DNA of 64,000 nucleotides from Candidatus Acidiferrales bacterium (GTDB lineage: Archaea; Micrarchaeota; Micrarchaeia; Micrarchaeales; Micrarchaeaceae), in assembly GCA_035534575.1 (NCBI GenBank), contig DATLRT010000018.1, forward strand, positions 1,316 to 65,315. Reading direction: 5' to 3'. The position numbers were made by a program, and so were the translations under genes. A model generated the notes under the pieces. It was not told the DNA's origin, searched no databases, and saw nothing but the letters and a program-made list of their open reading frames with translations. This document shows, piece after piece, positions 56,201-64,000 of the stretch. The number at the start of each line of letters is the position of its first letter. Position 1 is the first letter of the stretch.

Positions 56201-56458
56201 CTATTTATGTGTTTCTTGGTCCGCGCCCTCCTTCCTTATGATAAGCCTGATTGCCTGCGCCGCCATTGGGACTACCTTGATGGCCACGCCAACGGCGCAC
56301 TGCCAACAGGATGCGAGGTTGTTGCAGCCGCACGTGTCGGTTGCCGCCGTGATTGAGGTCGTGTCGGCGTTCGAGAGCCTCAGGCTTATGCCCCTGACTG
56401 TGGATGATATTCTCTCCCTGAGCGGCGTCCTCGCTGCGCGCTCCCTTGTCTCGTCCAT
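56201..56458 (-). CDS. small Cys-rich hypothetical protein (85 aa)
   Basis: The minus frame uses AGG/ATA/AAG codons. CGC-x6-C-x2-C cluster. The competing + ORF 56238-56495 has atypical codon use. Confidence 0.45.
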   Translation of the reverse strand: MDETRERAARTPLRERISSTVRGISLRLSNADTTSITAATDTCGCNNLASCWQCAVGVAIKVVPMAAQAIRLIIRKEGADQETHK

Positions 56459-56605
56459 CGAACCAGCCCGATTGCTCTTTTGCGCCAAGCTCTAAATAGC
56501 TTTTAGGGACTACGACAGTTGCCTTTTTGGAGTTATAAGATGCGGCGCGAAGCCGTATAAAGATTTAAAGATGAATAGCGCTTATTTAATGGGATTAATT
56601 TGGAG

Positions 56606-56833
56606 ATGGATGTTTACGGGTTTAAGGCCAAGGTCGTCATAAGCGAGCGCTCTTATTCCGGAGAGGTTGATGAGTTGCATATAGTCACTCAGGCAAAGAC
56701 GCTGAAGCAACTCAAGGTTAGGCTTGAGGAGGCTGTGGAGCTCACATTGGATGCCATACTTAAGAATCCTGGTGAGGCTAGACATTATCCCTCTTCGGTA
56801 TCAAAGAAGCTAGGGCTAAAGATCTACGCCTGA
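56606..56833 (+). CDS. hicB: HicB-like antitoxin
   Basis: MDVYGFKAKVVISERSYSGEVDELHIVTQAKTLKQLKVRLEEAVELTLD is the HicB/UPF0150 fold pattern. A hicA remnant follows. Confidence 0.65.
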   Translation: MDVYGFKAKVVISERSYSGEVDELHIVTQAKTLKQLKVRLEEAVELTLDAILKNPGEARHYPSSVSKKLGLKIYA

Positions 56834-56885
56834 AATGCAGATACCCCAATCGGAGTATGCTTTCCTAAAAAGTACTGGTGAACAT

Positions 56886-57104
56886 ATGCCTAAAAGGCCT
56901 AGGTACATAGACATTGCCCAGATTCTGGTAAAATACTAGGGATACTTGATAAAGAGCAGAAAAGGCAGCCATGTGTGGATGGCAGATTCAAAGGGGCATA
57001 GGACAACCGTACTTGCCTCTAATGAGAGGGTCAATTTGCACAACTACAAGTCCATACTAAAGCAAACAGAATTGAAGGAAGAGGATATAGAAAAGTACCT
57101 TTAG
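56886..57104 (+). pseudogene. hicA: HicA-like toxin interrupted by an in-frame TAG at 56937-56939
   Basis: MPKRPRYIDIAQILVKY-stop-GYLIKSRKGSHVWMADSKGHRTTVLASNERVNLHNYKSILKQTELKEEDIEKYL has the HicA pattern (L...G....R..GSH, P.H......T...IL+Q.GL). Confidence 0.7.
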
Positions 57105-57105
57105 C

Positions 57106-58971
57106 TCACATCTTCTCCAGCGGGTCGATGCCGAGGACCTCCAGCATCTGGCCCACCACCGCCCTGAACGCGACTAGTATGGCTGTCCTGGACCTTCGCA
57201 GCTCCTCGCTCTCCGCTTTGAGTATCGGCGACTGCTCGTAGAACCTTGAGAACATGAGCGAGAGCTCGATGAGGTACTCGCACAGGGAGTTGGGTCTCAG
57301 CTCTGCCGCCGCCTTCTCCAGAATCTCCCTTGAGCTCGATAGCATCTTGACCAGCGCGAACTCGGTGTCTGTCATAGTGCCGAACAGCCCTTTGGTGGGC
57401 GCCTGCTTGCCGCCCTTCACGCCCTCAACTATCCTCGACGCCCTTGCATATGTGTACTGGACGTAGGGGCCGGAGCTGCCCTCAAAGCTGAGCGCCCGCT
57501 CCCATGAGAAGACCAGCTTCTTCTCCGGACCGAGCCTCAGGTACTCGAACCTGATTGCGGCGAGCGCGACGCTTGTGGCTATCTTGTCGTGCTCCTCGTC
57601 GCTAAACGTGAATCTTTCCTTTATCTGAGTGGATGCCATCTGCCTGGCCTCCCTGAACAAATCGTCTGCGCTGAACCCTATCCACGTACCCTTTCTTCCC
57701 GATAGCGCGCCGGACTCCAGCTCGACCTCGCCGTATGCCAGGTGCTTGATCACGTCCTTCTTTCCGCTCGCGGCCTCTATCGCAAGCTTGAGCAGCATCT
57801 GCGGGTATTCCTGTGCGGCGCCTATGACGTTTATCGCCATCTCTGTTCCGTTGAACTTCATCTCCTTGCCCTCCTTGCCGGTTGACTGGACGGGCTTGCC
57901 GTTCGGCTGCTCCTCTATGAACGCCTTGGTCTTGAAGCTCGCCCCTATGATGCCTAGCTTCCACATGTGGAACGCGATATCTTTGGCAAGGTAGGCCGGC
58001 GTGCCGTCGCTCCTGATGAGAACCTTCACGCTCTCCTTCATTCCCTTGAGCTCGTTGGGCAGCTGCTTCATGTCATTGAGGTCTATCCCGAAGCATCCGT
58101 CGAACTTGCCTCCCACTATCTTCTTGGCCACCCCCTTCTTTTCGAGTATTTCCATAGCCGCGGTTAGCAGCTCGGCGCGAAGTATGTCGCTCTCCCAGAC
58201 CATTACGTCGTGGTATATCCGATAGTCGAAGGCGGTCTCGTACTGTGCCCTTACGCACTGCTCCGCCATGCTCCTTCCCATCTCCTCTTCGTAAGTGCCG
58301 TCCTGCTCCATCAGCTTGAGCGTGTTAGCTATGTCGGCCTTGACGTCGTTCTCGGCCATGAACTTGTTTGCGTCAACGTACTCCTTCCCTAGCCACTGGT
58401 CGAACTTGCCCTCCTGAGTGTGCTTGCTCTTCGAGTGCCACCACACTATCTCAGCCATCTGGAGCCCGAGGTCGTCGATGTAGTCCTCCCTCTCAATCTC
58501 GTGCCCGGTGGCGACGAGCAGATTGGCTATAACGTCCCCGATGAGAGCGCATCGCAAGTGGCCTATGTGCCAGGGCTTGTTAGGATTAACGCTCGGGTAC
58601 TCCAGAATGACGCTCTTTCCCTTGCCTATTGTAGACCTGAGATTCTTGCCGTCCTTCTCGGATATGTAATCGATAACCGACTGGGAGAACCATGGCCTGT
58701 TGAGGCTGAAGTTTAGGAATCCGTTCTTCGTGTCGACTCCGTCCACACCTTCAGGCAACTTCAGCTTCGCCGTTATGCTGTTGGCCACCTCGTCAGGTTT
58801 CCTGTTGAGCTTCTTGGCAAGCTTCATCGCAAGCGTTGATGTGAAGTCGCCGAACGCCTTGGAGCTGTCGACCGTCACGTCGCCCGCAGTCACGCTGTAC
58901 CCCGCGGCCTGAGCTGCGCTAGACAAAGATGCCCTAAGCTCTTCAATGACGCTTGAGTACGGGGAGTCCAT
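57106..58971 (-). CDS. argS: arginyl-tRNA synthetase
   Basis: HIGH-type NPNKPWHIGHLRCALIGD and a C-terminal DALR anticodon-binding region (YVQYTYARASRI); 621 aa. Confidence 0.93.
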   Translation of the reverse strand: MDSPYSSVIEELRASLSSAAQAAGYSVTAGDVTVDSSKAFGDFTSTLAMKLAKKLNRKPDEVANSITAKLKLPEGVDGVDTKNGFLNFSLNRPWFSQSVIDYISEKDGKNLRSTIGKGKSVILEYPSVNPNKPWHIGHLRCALIGDVIANLLVATGHEIEREDYIDDLGLQMAEIVWWHSKSKHTQEGKFDQWLGKEYVDANKFMAENDVKADIANTLKLMEQDGTYEEEMGRSMAEQCVRAQYETAFDYRIYHDVMVWESDILRAELLTAAMEILEKKGVAKKIVGGKFDGCFGIDLNDMKQLPNELKGMKESVKVLIRSDGTPAYLAKDIAFHMWKLGIIGASFKTKAFIEEQPNGKPVQSTGKEGKEMKFNGTEMAINVIGAAQEYPQMLLKLAIEAASGKKDVIKHLAYGEVELESGALSGRKGTWIGFSADDLFREARQMASTQIKERFTFSDEEHDKIATSVALAAIRFEYLRLGPEKKLVFSWERALSFEGSSGPYVQYTYARASRIVEGVKGGKQAPTKGLFGTMTDTEFALVKMLSSSREILEKAAAELRPNSLCEYLIELSLMFSRFYEQSPILKAESEELRRSRTAILVAFRAVVGQMLEVLGIDPLEKM

Positions 58972-58984
58972 CTGCTCAACTTTG

Positions 58985-59887
58985 CTATACCACTACATCA
59001 AAGCCTTTTAATACATCGGGGATGTGCTCCGCGACGTCCATCGCGATTATGTGATTGCCCATGCGCTTGGCGAGAAGGTCGCCAACCATCGAGTGCACCC
59101 TGACGCCTGCCACGGCAGACTCAAATGCGTCCTTGTGGACCGCAAGATAGCTTGCGATGATGCCGGCGAGCACATCGCCTGTCCCGATGGTCGCGAGCGC
59201 GGAGCTCTTCGCAACGTTCACCTTGAACGACTTGCCATCGGTTATCACGGTCTCGTGCCCCTTCAGCACAACAACGCAGTTCAACTTCTTCGCAACAGAC
59301 ACGGATGCCTTTATCCGCTCATCTATGCCGGCGCTCTTGAGGTCTATGCCAGTAAGCGACTTGAACTCGCCGGTGTGTGGGGTTATCACAACATTCTTTG
59401 TCAACTTGGCTTTCATCGACAGTGCCTTTATTGCTGTCGCGTCTATCACAATGCGCTTGCCCGCCTTGAGCTCGGACGTTATTATCGATGCGGTGGCAAG
59501 CAGGCTTGCCTTGTCAGCGTCAATTCCCGGACCGATTACGATCACATCGTGCCTTATTGAGTTTATGGCCTTGACGTCCCCTTTGCTTATCGAGTTAGCG
59601 CTTAATTCCCTTACTATCATGTTTGCGGACAGCGCCCTCACCGCGCCGGCAACGCCCTTGGGCACAGCCACGGTCACGTTGCCCGAAGCTGTCCTGAGCG
59701 CAGCTATGGTGTTGTTCGCGCCGAACGCGGCCATCAGCGGCGCGCCATGGTACTCCCTGCCGCCCCCCACTATCAGGATTGAACCGTTAGAGTACTTGTT
59801 TGACGACATCTTCCGCGGCTCGGTGGCCCTGCGTATGTCATCGGCGCCGGCTTTTCCGGACTGTGTAAACCCTTTTAAGCCTTGCAT
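58985..59887 (-). CDS. nnrD: ADP/ATP-dependent NAD(P)H-hydrate dehydratase (YjeF C-terminal family)
   Basis: NKYSNGSILIVGGGREYHGAPLMA, GPG, TPHTGEF, GTGDVLAGII. ATG at 59887. Confidence 0.88.
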   Translation of the reverse strand: MQGLKGFTQSGKAGADDIRRATEPRKMSSNKYSNGSILIVGGGREYHGAPLMAAFGANNTIAALRTASGNVTVAVPKGVAGAVRALSANMIVRELSANSISKGDVKAINSIRHDVIVIGPGIDADKASLLATASIITSELKAGKRIVIDATAIKALSMKAKLTKNVVITPHTGEFKSLTGIDLKSAGIDERIKASVSVAKKLNCVVVLKGHETVITDGKSFKVNVAKSSALATIGTGDVLAGIIASYLAVHKDAFESAVAGVRVHSMVGDLLAKRMGNHIIAMDVAEHIPDVLKGFDVVV

Positions 59888-59923
59888 GTGTATAGATATC
59901 AATTACGGTTAAAAATCCTTACT

Positions 59924-60823
59924 GTGGGTGCTGGGATCTCGAAGGTTTACAAACTGAAGGATAAGTTGGTCATCTACCTGCCTAACGACGTAATCCAGAC
60001 GCTGGGCGTCAAGGACGGGGACGAGCTGGACTTCTTCAAGCACTCCCCCACCACATTCCTGCTCGCGAACAAGAACTACATAGCGAAGCTGCTGGAGAAG
60101 CCGCAGGGGCAGGCGTCGGACGGAATGGCCAGGCCGGCAGCGGGGCAGGAGCTCAACGAGAGCGAGATAAAGGTCCTCAAGAAGCTCGACACCATAAAGT
60201 ACAGCGAGAGGACGAAGGAGAAGGTGGCTGCGATGCTCAGCGCGGACGAGAAGCAGACAGTCAGGGTGATGCTGAAGAAGAAGGTCATCACGCTGTTCAA
60301 GAAGGCGGGGGAGCAGAACTTCAAGTTCGGGATATCCAAGGGCACATATGACACTTATCTTTACGGGAAGAGGCCGAATGCCAGCAGCATTGCGCCGCAG
60401 CCCGCGGTGACAAGGGCGGTGATGCCGCAGCCTTCGCAGCGGGTTGAGCAGAGGCCGAGGGCATGGGAGCAGAAGCTCAACAAGGAGAACTCCTATGTGG
60501 ATCTGCTTGAGTCGCAGGGGTTCATAGTGCTGAACAACGAGGCGGAGGCGGCGAGCGTGTCAGCTGCGCTGGAGACCAGCATAAGGCAGGGGCTAGTGCT
60601 GGGGACAAGGGCATTCAACAAGAAGTTCTACATCGCGCTCAGGGACTTCATAAGGGGCAACACGCCCAAGATCATGAAGGCGATGGGCTCAAAGCCGAGG
60701 AGCGTCGAGGAGCTGGCCGTCGAGACGGAGATAGCGGAGGACGGCATAAGGGCGATATTCTACATCCTTGCGGAAAGCGGAGAGATATCAGAAGTGAGAA
60801 AGGATATCTTTAAGGTAGCCTAG
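59924..60823 (+). CDS. hypothetical protein with AbrB/SpoVT-like N-terminus and winged-helix-like repeats
   Basis: KLVIYLPNDVIQTLGVKDGDELDF (swapped-hairpin pattern), then several wH-like segments. GTG 59924 lies ~25 nt after TGTATAGATATC. Confidence 0.55.
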   Translation: MGAGISKVYKLKDKLVIYLPNDVIQTLGVKDGDELDFFKHSPTTFLLANKNYIAKLLEKPQGQASDGMARPAAGQELNESEIKVLKKLDTIKYSERTKEKVAAMLSADEKQTVRVMLKKKVITLFKKAGEQNFKFGISKGTYDTYLYGKRPNASSIAPQPAVTRAVMPQPSQRVEQRPRAWEQKLNKENSYVDLLESQGFIVLNNEAEAASVSAALETSIRQGLVLGTRAFNKKFYIALRDFIRGNTPKIMKAMGSKPRSVEELAVETEIAEDGIRAIFYILAESGEISEVRKDIFKVA

Positions 60824-60826
60824 TTT

Positions 60827-60985
60827 TCAGACCGCGTATATGAAGTGGTCGAAGACGATAACTACGGCCGCGAAAAGAACTATAATGATAAGCATTACCT
60901 TCGGGTTCATCTTTGGTCCGCTAGTCTGAGCGTCATAGAAGCTCATCACTCCTGCCTGCGATTGCGGTGTCCCTATTCCTGCCAT
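60827..60985 (-). CDS. secG: preprotein translocase subunit Sec61-beta (SecG)
   Basis: Not in ORF track (52 aa). MAGIGTPQSQAGVMSFYDAQTSGPKMNPKVMLIIIVLFAAVVIVFDHFIYAV has the AG.(x)FYD...G.K..P motif plus a single C-terminal TM. Confidence 0.75.
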   Translation of the reverse strand: MAGIGTPQSQAGVMSFYDAQTSGPKMNPKVMLIIIVLFAAVVIVFDHFIYAV

Positions 60986-61051
60986 GAAATCAACTGATTC
61001 GTAATTATATCCGCAATAAAGCTTTATATACCTGCTCTGGAAATAAGTGAT

Positions 61052-61603
61052 TTGATGCCCAGCGCGTTCGAGTCAAAGAGGAAGACGTTAGCCCACGAGC
61101 CTGAAGAGGAGGAGAGGATGAAGGAGCAGGCAAAGAAGGTGGAGACGAACGAGGTACAGATAGCCGCGCCGCTCACATTCTGGATAGGCTTCCTCGTCTT
61201 GGGCGTTATACTCGTCGCTGTTGTGGTGCCTGTTGCCAACACGCTCGGCGTGGGCAGCATGGACAAGTATGTCACGCTTATAGCCAATTACATAATTTAC
61301 CTGCCTGGCTCGATAATACTGCCGTTAGTGGCAGCTCTTCTCATAGGCGAGCGGGTGGGAGCATCGAAGAAGAAGTCGGGTGTAGTGCTTTACTCGGGAG
61401 TGATAAACGCGCTCTATGCCATACTGGTCTACATAGTGGCGATTTTCATAATCTACCTTGCGGTCAAGTACTCTGGCTCGAGCTTCCTTGCATCAGTCAA
61501 CATAACGGACTTCATCGAGTACCTGATAGTCATACCGGTAGCGATAACTGTGGTGCTGGTACCGCTCTTCGCGCTCATATCTTACGCAAGGAGAAAAGAG
61601 TAG
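61052..61603 (+). CDS. integral membrane protein (183 aa)
   Basis: Charged N-terminus followed by four TM helices. Confidence 0.55.
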   Translation: MMPSAFESKRKTLAHEPEEEERMKEQAKKVETNEVQIAAPLTFWIGFLVLGVILVAVVVPVANTLGVGSMDKYVTLIANYIIYLPGSIILPLVAALLIGERVGASKKKSGVVLYSGVINALYAILVYIVAIFIIYLAVKYSGSSFLASVNITDFIEYLIVIPVAITVVLVPLFALISYARRKE

Positions 61604-61608
61604 ATTGC

Positions 61609-62043
61609 ATGCTCGTGAGAATCACAAAGAGGCACGTGCCAAAGGATCTTGACTCCGCTGTTTCTTCGCTTGACGAGCAAAGCATAACGGAGCATCTGCG
61701 GAAGACCCAGCGCGGCCTTGATATGATGCTCAAATGGAAAACGGACAGGACCATAAGTGCCAGGGTGGATATACTGAACAAGTTTACCCAAGATGCGGTA
61801 ATCCTAATAAAATACGCCAAGAAGTGGAATGACAAGGAACTCATGTCTATGGCTGAGTCACTTGACAACGATCTGCTGCACCATGCTGATGCCACGCTCC
61901 AGCAGGATAGCTTCGAGTGGGGATATAGATATCTCCGGGCTGCTGAAAAGATAGGGCTGAGCACTGAGGAAGTGAGGGCTAGCATCAAAAAATGGAAGCT
62001 CGAAGGAATGGGGGAAAGGCTGATGAAGAGATACGGCTTCTAA
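61609..62043 (+). CDS. hypothetical helical protein (144 aa)
   Basis: ORF 6 nt after the previous stop; typical codon use. Confidence 0.5.
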   Translation: MLVRITKRHVPKDLDSAVSSLDEQSITEHLRKTQRGLDMMLKWKTDRTISARVDILNKFTQDAVILIKYAKKWNDKELMSMAESLDNDLLHHADATLQQDSFEWGYRYLRAAEKIGLSTEEVRASIKKWKLEGMGERLMKRYGF

Positions 62044-62047
62044 TCTC

Positions 62048-63217
62048 TCATCTGGCAGCACTCACTATCCTGATTACGTCTCCGTCCTGAAGCGGGTACT
62101 GCTTTGCAATCCTCTTCTTGGTCTTGGCGTCAACCGCGTGCAGCATGTTCTTCGCTATGTCCGTGTGGATCTTCTCGGCGAGGTCTATGGCGGTTGATCC
62201 GTTCCTCATCAGCACCGCGTCGGGCAGAACATTGCCAGAGTGGTCACAGTACTTGTTCTCGTCCTCAACAGGGTAGACGACGATATTGGCAAGGGTGCCA
62301 AACACCGCGCCGTTGAGCAGAGCCTGGACATTGGTGCCCTTTTCCTTCACAAACTTCAGCATGTACTCAAGCGCGGCCTTCTGCTCTGGAGTGACGTTGC
62401 CGGTAAAGTTGAAGCTCTGGGACCCAGGGAAGTAGTCTATCAGGCCTTGCTTTGCGGCCTTCCTGAGCGCGAGCTCTATGGCACCCGATGTTGCCACCAC
62501 GTTGGATTCGCCGAACTCAGCCTTCAGCAGTGCGAGCCCCTTATCTGATGCAGGCGTATCTGACTTGTTGGCCGCTATGATTATCGGCTTGTTAATCTTC
62601 AGGAATGCCCTTGAGAAGTTAAGTATGTCCTGGTCGGTCCAGTGTATCTTGCTCATGGCCAACGCCGCGGTGCCGGCTGCGGATTCTACCTGCTGAGCCG
62701 TGGCCTTCATGTTTGTCAGGACCTCGCACAGCGCAACCATCGCGTCGTTCCTTCTTGAGATTGCGTTGAGGTGCTTCTTCACTATTGCTGCGACCCATTG
62801 GGCGAGCTCATCAATGACTATCTTTACATCCTCAACAGGATTGGCGTCCGTAGCAGGGTTACCGTTGTTGTCGGTCTTGCCGCTTATGTCCGCGACTATT
62901 ATCACGGCATCGGAGGCGGAGATATCACTGAGGAACTGGTTTCCCATTCCCTTCCCGGTGTGGGCGCCTTCCACCAAGCCGGCCACGTCGACTATGTTGA
63001 CTGGTATCATCCTTGTGCCGTTGTTGCACAGCGAGTTCCTTGGCTTGCACTTGACCTTCAGCTCAGTTTCAGCACATGGCTTGGTTGCGTATGCAAGGCC
63101 AAGGTTAGGGTCAACAGTTGTAAATGGATAGTCCGCAATCGCCACATCGTTCATAGTCAGCGCTGAGAAGAGGGTACTCTTTCCCTTGTTGGGTGCGCCG
63201 ACCAGACTTATAAGCAT
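62048..63217 (-). CDS. Obg-HflX-superfamily GTPase (YchF/Ygr210-like) with C-terminal TGS domain
   Basis: G1 GAPNKGKST, G3 DVAGLVEGA, G4 NKSD, inserted helical domain, C-terminal YPLQDGDVIRIV. Confidence 0.85.
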   Translation of the reverse strand: MLISLVGAPNKGKSTLFSALTMNDVAIADYPFTTVDPNLGLAYATKPCAETELKVKCKPRNSLCNNGTRMIPVNIVDVAGLVEGAHTGKGMGNQFLSDISASDAVIIVADISGKTDNNGNPATDANPVEDVKIVIDELAQWVAAIVKKHLNAISRRNDAMVALCEVLTNMKATAQQVESAAGTAALAMSKIHWTDQDILNFSRAFLKINKPIIIAANKSDTPASDKGLALLKAEFGESNVVATSGAIELALRKAAKQGLIDYFPGSQSFNFTGNVTPEQKAALEYMLKFVKEKGTNVQALLNGAVFGTLANIVVYPVEDENKYCDHSGNVLPDAVLMRNGSTAIDLAEKIHTDIAKNMLHAVDAKTKKRIAKQYPLQDGDVIRIVSAAR

Positions 63218-63221
63218 AGCA

Positions 63222-64000
63222 TCACTTGAACAGCTTTATCCTGACTATCTTCTTTGACTCGTACTCCCTTAAGAAGTAGTACATTATTATCAGGGCAAGT
63301 ATAAGCATCACACCGAAAAGGAGCGCCTCCCTCGGCATGCCTATCATCAGGGCGAACAGCGCCACCACCGAAACCGCAGGCAGGTACGGATAGAATGGCG
63401 ACCTGAACTCCGCGTTGGCCTTGTTCCTCCTGAAGTGGACTATGCAGAAGCTCACTATCAGGTAGGAGAACAGCAGGCCGAAGTTGCTTATCGCGGCGAT
63501 TATGAAGAGGTTGCCGGCGAATAGCATTATTATTCCGATGACGGCTGATAGGATTACGCAGTTGACTGCTACGTCCCTGCTCTTGTTGAACGACCTTAGT
63601 ATCTTGGGGAGCAAGTGGTCGGAGCTTATCTGGTGCAGCATTCTCGATGCGCTGAGCATCATCGCAAGTGTGGCTGATGTTGTAGCTATGAGCGCGCCTA
63701 TGTTGACCAGCAGGAACAGCCAGCTCGGCGCATTGACGCTCTGGAGCGCGAACGACAGCGGGTTTGCGGTTATGGTGTAGGAGGATGCGGGCACCAGCAG
63801 TATCAGCGATATAGCAACCAGCACGTACAGCACCATGCTTATGACAACAGAGTACACTATCGCCTTTGCTGCCCTGGTCCCCCCGCCGATCACCCTGCCG
63901 GTGAACGTGGATATCGCCTGGAACCCAGAGTATGCGAACAGTATGACTACGCTCGCGGCGAACATGCCGCCCAAGCCCTTGCCCGACAGGCCGGATGTGA
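63222..64000 (-). CDS. APC-family amino acid permease, C-terminal part (N-terminus outside window)
   Basis: The frame stays open to nt 64000. FAYSGFQAIS motif, six TM helices, cytoplasmic tail. Confidence 0.8.
   Translation of the reverse strand, partial: TSGLSGKGLGGMFAASVVILFAYSGFQAISTFTGRVIGGGTRAAKAIVYSVVISMVLYVLVAISLILLVPASSYTITANPLSFALQSVNAPSWLFLLVNIGALIATTSATLAMMLSASRMLHQISSDHLLPKILRSFNKSRDVAVNCVILSAVIGIIMLFAGNLFIIAAISNFGLLFSYLIVSFCIVHFRRNKANAEFRSPFYPYLPAVSVVALFALMIGMPREALLFGVMLILALIIMYYFLREYESKKIVRIKLFK

Noticed and set aside
56238-56495. Plus-strand ORF of 85 aa competing with minus-strand ORF 56201-56458
   Set aside because: The plus frame uses GCC/CTG/TCG-type codons atypical for this window. 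The minus frame uses the usual AGG/ATA/AAG set.
56937-56939. TAG in hicA as evidence for stop-codon reassignment or pyrrolysine
   Set aside because: TAG terminates several well-supported genes in this window at positions matching family lengths, and no pyl genes are present here.

Overview
Archaeal chromosomal segment. The evidence is an A-type ATPase operon atpHIKECFABD, aIF2-gamma, S6e, Alba, TFS, Sec61-beta, an intron-containing tRNA, TATA/BRE-type promoters, and many leaderless or ATGA-coupled genes. By eye it is mid G+C, with heavy AGG/AGA/ATA codon use. No composition statistics or database searches were run, and every function call comes from motifs read in the translations. Housekeeping content: CDC48 (partial), rps6e, eif2g, gltX, trpS, argS, nfo, msrA/msrB, nnrD, an Obg-like GTPase, the nine-gene ATPase operon, and three tRNAs (Thr-UGU, Glu-CUC, Arg-CCU). 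Accessory content: two ABC-exporter modules, each paired with a large membrane-anchored surface protein; two PadR regulators; and a visibly AT-rich island carrying a DNA methyltransferase fused to an Mrr-like nuclease, broken at a G10 tract. There is also an IS4/IS5-type element with a 10-13 bp target duplication, an AT-rich glycosylation islet next to tRNA-Thr, and a toxin-antitoxin-rich stretch between tRNA-Glu and tRNA-Arg. Most unusual observations: (1) tRNA-Arg(CCU) carries a 40-nt intron inside the T-loop. (2) A Fic gene is bracketed by two diverged ~62-bp direct repeats, each with three GGTGACYACA boxes, next to a ~220-nt structured non-coding region that has its own promoter and T-run. 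(3) The methyltransferase-nuclease fusion may be phase-variable. (4) A HicA toxin is interrupted by an in-frame TAG. (5) atpD has a conserved N-terminus with no canonical start codon. Several real genes shorter than 60 aa are absent from the ORF track (Sec61-beta, a DUF1059-like protein, a 58-aa leaderless ORF). No CRISPR array, integrase, reverse transcriptase or rRNA was seen.
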